Shown piece by piece: positions 27,082 to 34,248 of a stretch of DNA of 46,647 nt. The stretch covers positions 1 through 46,647 of the IMG/VR virus record IMGVR_UViG_3300045988_053844. One strand, written 5' to 3'. Position 1 is the first letter of the stretch. The number at the start of each line of letters is the position of its first letter. The notes beneath the pieces were generated by a model. The model saw only the letters and a program-made list of their open reading frames with translations, was not told where the DNA came from and did not search any database. A program made the translations under genes and the position numbers. This stretch comes from a virus.

Positions 27082-27112
27082 GAGCCGTCCTTTTTAGGGC
27101 GGTTCTTTTTTT
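27082..27112 (+). terminator. Rho-independent terminator
   Basis: GAGCCGTCCT / AGGGCGGTTC forms a stem with two G-U pairs and a tttt loop, followed by ttttttt. Confidence 0.6.
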
Positions 27113-27174
27113 ATGGGGAATATATAGGGATTGTTTTGCTAAAAATCAGTTACACTATAAGTGAGGTGATAAGT

Positions 27175-27597
27175 ATGTACGGACAATATAACCCTTATAT
27201 GGGAGCAACACCGCAGATGCAGCAACGGCTGAATTATTTGCAGCAACAGCAACAGCAGATGTATCAACCAACTATGCAGCAGCCTATGCCTATGACATTG
27301 AAAGGCAGAATTGTTACCGGCATGGATGAAGCAAAGGCAGCTCAAATTGACCTGGACGGAACGAGCACTTTCTTTCCATGCCCTGCCGAAGGAAAGATTT
27401 ACGAAAAACTTATAGGCTTAGACGGCCTGCCGATTTTCAGAGTATATCAAATTAACAATTCGCAGAAGCAGCCTGCATATGCTGAACAAAACATTGTAGA
27501 TAGATTAGTAGAACGTGTGGACAGATTGGAAAAGCAGATTGGAGGGATGAACCATGAACCCGATGCAGATAATGGCAATGTTACAGAACAGCGGTAA
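27175..27597 (+). CDS. Cargo protein 1: Q/M/P-rich N-terminus plus globular domain, 140 aa
   Basis: GTGAGGTG RBS. Begins MYGQYNPYMGATPQMQQRLNYLQQQQQQMYQPTMQQPMPM, then LKGRIVTGMDEAKAAQIDLDG.... Confidence 0.6.
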   Translation: MYGQYNPYMGATPQMQQRLNYLQQQQQQMYQPTMQQPMPMTLKGRIVTGMDEAKAAQIDLDGTSTFFPCPAEGKIYEKLIGLDGLPIFRVYQINNSQKQPAYAEQNIVDRLVERVDRLEKQIGGMNHEPDADNGNVTEQR

Positions 27598-27778
27598 TCC
27601 TATGATGATGCTTACACAATTAGCACAGCAGAATCCTATGATGAGCCGCGCGATGCAAATGGGGCAAGGCAAGAACGAAGTGCAGTTAAAAGAAACTGTA
27701 CGTAACCTTGCAAGGCAACGCGGCATGAGTGACGAACAGTTTACTCAGTTTTTAAGTCAATTCGGTTTAAAGCTCTAA
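27554..27778 (+). CDS. Cargo protein 2: Met/Gln-rich small protein, 74 aa
   Basis: GGAGGG RBS at 27541-27546. Begins MNPMQIMAMLQNSGNPMMMLTQLAQQNPMMSRAMQMGQG. Overlaps the upstream gene by 44 nt. Confidence 0.55.
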   Translation: MNPMQIMAMLQNSGNPMMMLTQLAQQNPMMSRAMQMGQGKNEVQLKETVRNLARQRGMSDEQFTQFLSQFGLKL

Positions 27779-27825
27779 TGCGCGCAATGAGCTTTACATA
27801 TAATTCCTGGAGGTGAAATTTTATC

Positions 27826-28539
27826 ATGGAAGGTGCAAACATTGTTCCGGTAATGGACATGAACAGAAACAACAACTACGGCGACTGCTGGGGCGGCGGT
27901 ATGTGGTTTATGTGGATTATCGTTCTTTTCGCTCTTATGGGCGGCTGGGGCGGTAATTGGAATAACCGCGGCAATATGGGCGCAGAAATCTTTGCTAATG
28001 GCAGTATGACACGTGACCAAATCGCAGACCAATTTTCTATGCAGGATATTAAAGAAGGTATTCGTGGCGTTCAAAATGGTTTGTGTGACGGCTTCTACGC
28101 TCAGAACAGCACTATGCTGAATGGTTTTAATGGTGTACAACGTGACATTATGCAGACCGGCTATCAGTTAGGCAGTCAGCTTTCCGAAAATCGTTTTGCT
28201 CAACAGCAATGCTGCTGCGAAACTAACAGAAATATTGACGCAGTGCGCTATGAGAACGCGCGTAATACCTGCGATATTGTCACCGCAGTAAAAGAGGACG
28301 GCGAAAAGACCAGAGCAGTTCTGATTGCCAACCAAATCCAAGACTTGCGCGACAAGCTGGCAGACCGTGACCGCGACTTGCAGACTGCAAACTTCCAATT
28401 ATCTCAACAGGCGCAGAGTGCAAATCTTATCGGTACATTAAGACCTTATCCGCAACCGGCTTATATTACGAATAGCCCGTATCAAAGCATTGCTGCTAAC
28501 GTAGCCGGTGCTTGTGGCTGTGCGTATAACGCAGGCTGA
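27826..28539 (+). CDS. Cargo protein 3: G/W/N-rich membrane protein with CCCE motif and coiled coil, 237 aa
   Basis: GGAGGTG RBS. NNNYGDCWGGGMWFMWIIVLFALMGGWGGNWNNRG is a TM segment. Also contains QQQCCCETNRN and a helical C-terminal half. Confidence 0.65.
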   Translation: MEGANIVPVMDMNRNNNYGDCWGGGMWFMWIIVLFALMGGWGGNWNNRGNMGAEIFANGSMTRDQIADQFSMQDIKEGIRGVQNGLCDGFYAQNSTMLNGFNGVQRDIMQTGYQLGSQLSENRFAQQQCCCETNRNIDAVRYENARNTCDIVTAVKEDGEKTRAVLIANQIQDLRDKLADRDRDLQTANFQLSQQAQSANLIGTLRPYPQPAYITNSPYQSIAANVAGACGCAYNAG

Positions 28540-28621
28540 AAATAATAAGTTATGTGCATTAACTGCACTGCAAGGGACGGTGCAGGCCGTCCCTATTGCT
28601 TTAATAAAGAGGTGAAAACAA

Positions 28622-29044
28622 ATGATTTGCAATCAGAAATCCGCATTAACAACGGTAGCAACGGCGGCGCAGACTGTTGCAGCGAACGGCTTTGTCGGCT
28701 TCCCTACTAACAATCTTCTGACTGGCGTATCTATTAAGCATCCGGCAGGAAGTACAAGCGTTAACCTTATCCAGGGACTTTACCTTGTGACTTTGAACGC
28801 TGATATTACCCCGACTGCGGCAGGCGATATAGGTTTAAATCTTCTTCGTAATGGTGTAGCAGTACCGGGAGCAGAAGCAACAGTAACCGGTGCAACAGGC
28901 GATACATATAATATCTCCTTTGCTACACTGCTTAGAGTATTGCCTAGTTGCTGTGTGATTGATAATAATGCAGCGTTGCAGGTGCAGGCTACGGCAGCAG
29001 GCACTATCAGCAATGTATCTTTGAGCGTTGTAAAAATGGCGTAA
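28622..29044 (+). CDS. Cargo protein 4: stand-alone BclA C-terminal-domain-like (C1q/TNF-like jelly-roll) protein, 140 aa
   Basis: GLYLVTLNADITPTAAGDIGLNLLRNGVAVPGAEATV and the ending TISNVSLSVVKMA parallel GFYKITVIANTATASVLGGLTIQVNGVPVPGTGSSL...IIIEKVA of the BclA CTD, recalled from memory. Confidence 0.55.
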   Translation: MICNQKSALTTVATAAQTVAANGFVGFPTNNLLTGVSIKHPAGSTSVNLIQGLYLVTLNADITPTAAGDIGLNLLRNGVAVPGAEATVTGATGDTYNISFATLLRVLPSCCVIDNNAALQVQATAAGTISNVSLSVVKMA

Positions 29045-29056
29045 GGGGGCGACGTT

Positions 29057-29506
29057 ATGCACAAACTAAAGAAATATTGGGAGAAGGTAAGCGCTGACCC
29101 AGTAAAGATAACAGAGATGGAAGAAATAGTTTGTGAAGCGTTAGAAGAAGTGCGCGGACGCTGCCCGAGGCTGTTTTGGGATACTGCATATAAACTGCAT
29201 TGTGTAGCTTATGGCCCGCATTTTGACGAAGAGCTTGCAAAAAAGGCAGTTTCCAAAATGAAGAACATTGACGGTACGTGTGGCGAACATTGGACGTTTG
29301 AACAGACTAGCCAATTTGCAGACCAACAGGGAATACGTTGTAAAGCTGATTGGTACTATGTTATGAATATGCTGCATAGTGATTTTGCTGAAATTCTTGG
29401 AAGCGACACTAACAACTACGTGCGTATGGCAAAAGCGTATATAAACGACCCGGACGCATCAGAGGGAAAAGTTCTTGACGCTTGGCTGGCGCAGATGGAA
29501 GCCTAA
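29057..29506 (+). CDS. Cargo protein 5: unknown function, 149 aa
   Basis: AAGGGGG RBS. The motif YGPHFDEELAKKAVSKMKNIDGTCGEHWTFEQT recurs in Firmicute phage hypothetical proteins as I recall. Confidence 0.6.
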   Translation: MHKLKKYWEKVSADPVKITEMEEIVCEALEEVRGRCPRLFWDTAYKLHCVAYGPHFDEELAKKAVSKMKNIDGTCGEHWTFEQTSQFADQQGIRCKADWYYVMNMLHSDFAEILGSDTNNYVRMAKAYINDPDASEGKVLDAWLAQMEA

Positions 29507-29659
29507 CTGTAAACCTTAAAAGTGAAATGAGCACGTATAAAGCACATATAGTATGCAACAGGTATGTAACAAATAGCGTAAAGAATGACTTAAAATAAGG
29601 ATGCTCAATTTACCAAACGTTAATAGAGAAGGCTATCTCAATCAATCACAAATCGCAAG

Positions 29660-29697
29660 AAAAGCCCGTAACCATGCAGGTTGCGGGCTTTTTCTTT
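29660..29697. terminator. Bidirectional rho-independent terminator inside the attP region
   Basis: AAAAGCCCGTAACC / GGTTGCGGGCTTTT forms a 14-bp stem with one G-U pair and an atgca loop, with an A-run before and a T-run after. Confidence 0.7.
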
Positions 29698-29746
29698 ACC
29701 TCCGTTATTTTCAAAAAGTGTCCACAGCTTATAGAAAATAAGCTAC

Positions 29747-29788
29747 GTATGTAACAAGTATGTAACGGGTATGTAACACGTATGTAAC
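29747..29788 (+). repeat. Four tandem 11-bp repeats GTATGTAACnn (integrase arm-type sites)
   Basis: Copies at 29747, 29758, 29769 and 29780, abutting the int stop codon at 29792-29794. Confidence 0.8.
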
Positions 29789-29791
29789 AAA

Positions 29792-30811
29792 CTATATTAA
29801 ATTTATAGCCTCTAATAGCTGTTCCAACGTCTTATGAGTGTAAACCCTTTCCGTTACATCGGAGCTGGCGTGCCCCAAAATTAATTTCTTGATTTTTACG
29901 TTTACGTCTTTATCATCAAGCAGGCTTGCACAGGTGTGACGTCCGTCGCCGGGCAAGTGGTCCATCTTAAACATATTCATTACCGGTTCCCAGTATCTGC
30001 TGCGGTACGTGTCATAGGATATATTCTTTCCCCGCTCATCAGAGAAGATGCATTTGCCGGTGCTGCGTTCGTAGGCAGCCTTGAAGAAGTCGAAGATTTT
30101 ATCAGCAATCGGGATTCTTCTGCCGCGGCCTGCCGCAGTTTTCATGCCGCCAACGAAGAATTTATTTTCAAAGTCAACGTCTGCTTTCTCAACTTTCACT
30201 AGCTCGGTGGGGCGCATACCGGTATAACAGAGGATAAGCACAGCTTGCACTTTTATATCCTGGCTGTTCTCCCATAATATAGCAAGCTCCTTTTTGGTCA
30301 GCGGATTGTGTATCCTGCTCTCAACCTGCGGCGGCAGGCTGGTAAGCTCAACATAATTCTTTACTATAATGTCATTGGCAAGTGCGTACTTGGCCATCAG
30401 ATTACACACGATTCGGATTGCCTTCTTGGTGGCGTAGCCTTTGTCGCAGTCATTAATAATCTGTTGGAATTGCGCTGTCTTAATATCTTTGAACGGTATA
30501 TCCCATAGAGGCGCGCAGCGTTTGTATGCCGCTTTGTATTGGTTGGATTCTTCCTTGCCGTCAACATAGGTTGCGGCTTCCCATCTCTCGTGTACCTGGG
30601 CGAACGTCAAGCCTACGCTTTCTATGTCATAGGGTGATTGATTGTATTCAGCCAGGGCGTTAAGTGCTTCCGTGCGCTTTGCATAGTAGCCTAGTATTTT
30701 CATAAGCTGACGGCCGTCATTGGTAAAGCCCGTTGTAATGCGGACTATATACGGCCGCCGCCGATTCCCGGTTAGTTTTGTAACAGAACCATAGCCGTTA
30801 GGTAATTTCAT
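29792..30811 (-). CDS. int: Tyrosine recombinase / phage integrase, 339 aa
   Basis: N-terminal arm-binding-like MKLPNGYGSVTKLTGNRRRPY. Catalytic-domain motifs TGMRPTEL, HxxR-like (GRHTCASLL) and LGHAS...VYTH. Confidence 0.9.
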   Translation of the reverse strand: MKLPNGYGSVTKLTGNRRRPYIVRITTGFTNDGRQLMKILGYYAKRTEALNALAEYNQSPYDIESVGLTFAQVHERWEAATYVDGKEESNQYKAAYKRCAPLWDIPFKDIKTAQFQQIINDCDKGYATKKAIRIVCNLMAKYALANDIIVKNYVELTSLPPQVESRIHNPLTKKELAILWENSQDIKVQAVLILCYTGMRPTELVKVEKADVDFENKFFVGGMKTAAGRGRRIPIADKIFDFFKAAYERSTGKCIFSDERGKNISYDTYRSRYWEPVMNMFKMDHLPGDGRHTCASLLDDKDVNVKIKKLILGHASSDVTERVYTHKTLEQLLEAINLI

Positions 30812-31173
30812 GTTTAGTTGCTCCTTCCTTTTTCAGTTGTTGCATTTTATGCACATACTGAGGATAACGTGTGTATTGATTCTTTCAAGCGTTTATATGA
30901 AGTTATTATTCACAAATTAAACATATTATCATGATATAATATAAGTAGGTGTTCGGGGCGGCTGTGCGGTCCGGTGTAGGCGCAGTAGACGGCGCAGCTT
31001 CCGTGGGCACATATACAAGCACTTTGTACTTTCATTTTTCGGGGTGTTGAATGAAGTGCAATTCTTGATTCCCTTCTTTCTCCTTTTTTCTAGGTTTTCA
31101 TGTTTTCCAGATTTTTTTCATGCAAGGCAAACCTCCTTTCAAAATTGTGTTTACGATTCGGCAAAAACAACAG

Positions 31174-31210
31174 CAACAATAGCTCACGTGTACGGCGTGG
31201 GCTATTGTTG
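31174..31210. terminator. Hairpin downstream of the minus-strand membrane-protein gene
   Basis: CAACAATAGC (31174-31183) pairs with GCTATTGTTG (31201-31210) around a 17-nt loop, flanked by an A-run and a T-run. Confidence 0.4.
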
Positions 31211-31217
31211 TTTTTGT

Positions 31218-31721
31218 TTATTTATGAAAAGTGTGGGCCATAATATCACAAGCGATATATTCGTATGTAGAGAGATTATAAAGTATTCTTGATGGCACAC
31301 CATGAGGAAATTTCTTTTCCAGCCTTCTAATAATGTTTTGTGTAAATAATTCCGTTGATATATTGTGCGAATAAAAAGATTCAGTATCAGTGCAAATCTT
31401 CAATAGAAAAGTACAACCAGCTATTCCGGATAGCGGTGAGAAAATGCCGTTTGCATATATAGATATAGCGGCTATTGGCAAGCACAGCATACCACCAATA
31501 ACCAAAATTTTAAATGTGAGCTTTGCGAAACCTCCGAATACAAACTTACTAACATATATGCCGGCGTTGGCTTCTAGGTATTCTTGCATATACGGCATTG
31601 TCGGGTAGGGGTAATCAGCGTAAGCATTTCTGACAATCGTTCTTGCTCCTTCCTTGCCGTTGGTAAGAATGAAGTAGCAAATCAGTGTTATTATTGCAAT
31701 CGCAAGAGAAATTTCATACAT
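31218..31721 (-). CDS. Multi-pass membrane protein of the lysogeny module, 167 aa (superinfection-exclusion/Abi candidate)
   Basis: AAGGAGAG RBS before the ATG at 31721. TM segments ISLAIAIITLICYFIL and LVIGGMLCLPIAAISIY...IAGCTFLL. Located between int and the repressor. Confidence 0.55.
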   Translation of the reverse strand: MYEISLAIAIITLICYFILTNGKEGARTIVRNAYADYPYPTMPYMQEYLEANAGIYVSKFVFGGFAKLTFKILVIGGMLCLPIAAISIYANGIFSPLSGIAGCTFLLKICTDTESFYSHNISTELFTQNIIRRLEKKFPHGVPSRILYNLSTYEYIACDIMAHTFHK

Positions 31722-31765
31722 TACAAGCACTCTCCTTTGTAATAAAAAAAATAATGGGCAGCTTT

Positions 31766-31861
31766 TTAGACTGCCCATGTCACGCCTTGCGCTAATGGCA
31801 CAGCGAAAATTGTTTGATAGAGGTTCTTAATCTGTAGGCTTATAGTGTCACTGTCAACCAT
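31766..31861 (-). CDS. Possible 31-aa peptide upstream of the membrane protein
   Basis: GAGGTGG RBS. Sequence MVDSDTISLQIKNLYQTIFAVPLAQGVTWAV. Its 3-prime end overlaps a GGGCAG/CTGCCC hairpin followed by a T-run. Confidence 0.25.
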   Translation of the reverse strand: MVDSDTISLQIKNLYQTIFAVPLAQGVTWAV

Positions 31862-31896
31862 GTTAACCACCTCACTTTCTGTCTTTATTTGATTTA

Positions 31897-31925
31897 ATAA
31901 TAGCACATTTAAATGCAAACTGCAA
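31897..31925 (-). promoter_or_regulatory. Candidate minus-strand promoter for the membrane-protein unit
   Basis: On the minus strand: TTGCAG, a 17-nt spacer, then TGcTATTAT (extended -10). Confidence 0.35.
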
Positions 31926-32176
31926 TTCAAATAATTATCTTTCCTAAAACTCTTTATAATGAGCGAGCTTAGTGGTAGAATATAAATAGGTTCTTAGTGT
32001 TGTAGGCCTGCTTTAATTTGAATGGAGGGCACAATGCAGGTTTTATTGAGTAGGATAATCGGTATATTGCAGGAAGTGAAAGATGAAGAAACGCTGGCTG
32101 TCATATACAGCTTTATCCTTGGACTTGTAGACGAAGATTGATTTTTTATTTGCTGCACTAATTTAAAAGGCATAGC

Positions 32177-32216
32177 AAAATCCCCCGTACCGCGGATGGT
32201 ACGGGGGATTTTTTTA
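32177..32216. terminator. Bidirectional terminator downstream of the repressor gene
   Basis: AAAATCCCCCGTACC / GGTACGGGGGATTTT forms a perfect 15-bp stem with a 6-nt loop, T-run on both strands. Confidence 0.8.
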
Positions 32217-32224
32217 TTTGCCGG

Positions 32225-32599
32225 TTATTTGCTTTTGGCCAGATTGTGAACGAAATCTTCAAATAAAGTTTTCATTTCGGGCGGCAGTTTGAGATATTCC
32301 AAAAACAGATTCTTGGTAAACTCATCATTTGTTTTCAGCAGCTTGCCAACTTGTAGCGCTAATTCTTCGTTGGTCGTGTTCCTGGCACGGAACATTTCAC
32401 CTTCGCCTGCACGCAGCCAATCTTCATTGACATAGAATTCTCGACAGATGTCTTCTATTACTCTATCTGTAATTCCCTTGCCTTCCTTTTCATACTCGCT
32501 GACGGTACTAACTGCACGTCCTAGCTTTGCGCCGAACTCAGAAAGCGTTAGCTTAAATTGCTTTCTTACTAAGGATATTCGACTGTTTATCGTCTCCAT
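32225..32599 (-). CDS. CI-like XRE-family repressor, 124 aa
   Basis: GAGGTG RBS before the ATG at 32599. HTH LTLSEFGAKLGRAVSTVSEYEKG and the typical NEDWLRAGEGEMF motif. Divergent from the early operon. Confidence 0.8.
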   Translation of the reverse strand: METINSRISLVRKQFKLTLSEFGAKLGRAVSTVSEYEKEGKGITDRVIEDICREFYVNEDWLRAGEGEMFRARNTTNEELALQVGKLLKTNDEFTKNLFLEYLKLPPEMKTLFEDFVHNLAKSK

Positions 32600-32763
32600 A
32601 TAATCACCTCGCTTTGCTATATATATTATAGATAATCGAAAGAAAAATAGCAAGGAAAATTTTTCAATTATCGAAAAAAAGATTGACAAAACGAAATGAG
32701 TGTAGTAGTATAATATACGTAAAGCGAATAAAAATTTCGATAAACAGAAAGGAGGGAAAGAGG
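32600..32763. promoter_or_regulatory. Immunity switch region: divergent promoters plus operator-like repeats
   Basis: Minus strand: TTGCTA (32648-32653), 17 nt, TATAAT (32625-32630). Plus strand: TTGACA 32683-32688 with TAGTAT/TATAAT at 32706-32714. T(T/A)ATCGAAA at 32633 and 32668, inverted at 32735. A 17-bp near-palindrome at 32661-32677. Confidence 0.55.
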
Positions 32764-32958
32764 ATGTATAGCTTTAATGAGCTGAGCGAAAGCCAAAAGC
32801 TGACAGCAGAAGAAAAAAAGACCGCTAAACAAATTCTTGGTTTGCTTAACGGTCAGAATCAGGTAGCAGCAAAGCAGATGCTTAACTTCTGTAGCTACGT
32901 AATCGAATGTAATTCTAACGTTGCTGTTGTTTTTGAAGAAGAGCAAGCAGAAGCTTGA
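32764..32958 (+). CDS. First early-operon protein, 64 aa, no clear HTH
   Basis: AAAGGAGGGAAAGAGG RBS. Occupies the Cro position, but the sequence is not obviously an HTH. Confidence 0.5.
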   Translation: MYSFNELSESQKLTAEEKKTAKQILGLLNGQNQVAAKQMLNFCSYVIECNSNVAVVFEEEQAEA

Positions 32959-33091
32959 TGTTGTTATCTGTAGAGATTATCCGGCACTGCTTTTCCTGGT
33001 CAATATAAAAAGCGCAGCCTGGACAATCAATTTTAATACCGGTAGCCATACCTCCGGTAATTGGACATTTTTTAGGCATTTCAATAAACAC
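32915..33091 (-). CDS. Possible antisense zinc-ribbon peptide, 58 aa
   Basis: GGAGGTG RBS 7 nt before the GTG at 33091 (an ATG lies at 33079). Contains CPITGG...CPGC...C. Its 3-prime end overlaps 32764-32958 convergently. Confidence 0.3.
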   Translation of the reverse strand: MFIEMPKKCPITGGMATGIKIDCPGCAFYIDQEKQCRIISTDNNIKLLLALLQKQQQR

Positions 33092-33153
33092 AATATCACC
33101 TCCGTTCTGTAATACCTATTATAGCACGGGAGAGATGGAAAGGGGCGAGAATA

Positions 33154-33318
33154 ATGGAAGTAAAGCAAGAAGTATTCACTGAAAAACGCGTAAAGCGCAC
33201 GGCGGTTGATATGTCCAAACTTAAAGCGGACGGCCTTATGGTTGCAGCCGCATATATGCAAGGCTTGCAGGCTGCCGTAAGACTGTGCGAACAGCAACAA
33301 CAGGTAGTCGGCCAGTAG
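33154..33318 (+). CDS. Small early protein, 54 aa
   Basis: AAAGGGG RBS. Sequence MEVKQEVFTEKRVKRTAVDMSKLKADGLMVAAAYMQGLQAAVRLCEQQQQVVGQ. Confidence 0.3.
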   Translation: MEVKQEVFTEKRVKRTAVDMSKLKADGLMVAAAYMQGLQAAVRLCEQQQQVVGQ

Positions 33319-33373
33319 GGCTGAAATAGAAACAAGCCCCGCGCCTAGCGTCGGCGCGGGCAGGAGGTGTGCT

Positions 33374-33532
33374 TTGAATAAGAACACTGACAAGGATTTG
33401 CAGCAAATCATGGCGGCTGTCTGCTGTGACACGTTGGAAAAGAAAGCCAAAAAGGAAAAGCGCGCTGGCGTTATCGAACGCATGAATCAGCGTTACGAAA
33501 CGGCAATGCGCTTTATGAAAAGGAGGAAATAG
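33374..33532 (+). CDS. Small basic early protein, 52 aa (TTG start)
   Basis: AGGAGG RBS 6 nt before the TTG. Its stop lies 2 nt before the next ATG. Confidence 0.3.
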   Translation: MNKNTDKDLQQIMAAVCCDTLEKKAKKEKRAGVIERMNQRYETAMRFMKRRK

Positions 33533-33534
33533 AA

Positions 33535-33753
33535 ATGCTTGGAAACGTTCCTATTAAAACGGCTGCACGGCTCATGCAGAAAAGCGAGATGTTTGTGCGT
33601 ATGGGCCTGCGTAGTGGCGCGTTACCGTTCGGCGTGGCAATTCACGCCAGCAGTAAAAAGAGTTGGGCTTATCATATCAGCCCCGCAAAATTTGCTGAGT
33701 ACATGGGGATTACGCCTCTTGACTTAGAGGCAGAAGTTTGGAGGTATGAATGA
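33535..33753 (+). CDS. HTH DNA-binding protein (excisionase/regulator-like), 72 aa
   Basis: AGGAGG RBS. IKTAARLMQKSEMFVRMGLRSGALPFGVAI...WAYHISPAKFAEYMG matches a common Firmicute-phage HTH family as I recall it. Confidence 0.6.
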   Translation: MLGNVPIKTAARLMQKSEMFVRMGLRSGALPFGVAIHASSKKSWAYHISPAKFAEYMGITPLDLEAEVWRYE

Positions 33754-33905
33754 GCAGGAAGAAGAGAAAATGCGCTGTGTGCGGCAAAGACTTGTCGCAC
33801 ATGAACTTCTCTAAAGTAGTAGATAAGGAAAGCGGCCTGCTTGTTACCGTGTGCAGCGGAGGCGAGTGCTGGCGCAAGATTGTTATGAAAGGATGGGGCA
33901 AATGA
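33750..33905 (+). CDS. Zinc-ribbon peptide, 51 aa
   Basis: ATGA overlap with the upstream stop. Contains CAVCGK...CSGGEC. Its stop overlaps the next ATG. Confidence 0.4.
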   Translation: MSRKKRKCAVCGKDLSHMNFSKVVDKESGLLVTVCSGGECWRKIVMKGWGK

Positions 33906-34234
33906 GTAAGACTACTAAAGGATTAGTAAAGGCGTTCGTTGTGACTGCTATTCTGCTTGCCGGTCTTATCTTTCTGACTGGCGGCGGTGCCGCAAAACTG
34001 GCCATTAAGGCACATGGTTTTTTGTTCCCTAGTTATAAGCAAACGTTGGTTGCCTACACCGTAGGCGAGGGACAGACGCTGTGGGAGATTACCGGGCGTT
34101 ACATGGACCAACAGGATAAATACCGTGATTGCCGTGAGTTTATGCACGATATAACAGAGTACAACAATCTGAACGGCGTGAAGTGGTTACAAGCGGGACA
34201 ACAAATTATTATCCCGTTATATAAAGAGATTTAA
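33902..34234 (+). CDS. Membrane-anchored LysM-domain protein, 110 aa
   Basis: TM VVTAILLAGLIFLTGGG. LysM signature YTVGEGQTLWEITGRY...LQAGQQIIIP. Confidence 0.65.
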   Translation: MSKTTKGLVKAFVVTAILLAGLIFLTGGGAAKLAIKAHGFLFPSYKQTLVAYTVGEGQTLWEITGRYMDQQDKYRDCREFMHDITEYNNLNGVKWLQAGQQIIIPLYKEI

Positions 34235-34248
34235 GGAGGCATGAAAAA

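Larger units (their letters stand above)
29551..29788. other. Putative attP region (two arm-repeat clusters flanking the presumed core)
   Basis: Lies directly 3-prime of int. GTATG(C/T)AAC occurs x2 at 29551-29570 and x4 at 29747-29788, both with exact 11-bp spacing. Confidence 0.6.

Noticed and set aside
31044-31292. 82-aa + strand ORF upstream of int
   Set aside because: It has an F/C-rich translation and no RBS. It spans the hairpin terminator and the 3-prime end of the minus-strand membrane-protein gene.
32034-32141. 35-aa + strand ORF with a GGAGGG RBS between the membrane-protein unit and the repressor terminator
   Set aside because: It is too short, has no recognisable promoter, and lies on the strand opposite the surrounding lysogeny genes. 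It is kept only as a note.
32977-33483. 168-aa minus-strand ORF in the early region
   Set aside because: It has no RBS and an L/F/C-rich, non-protein-like sequence. It is antisense to two short + strand ORFs with good RBSs in an otherwise rightward operon.
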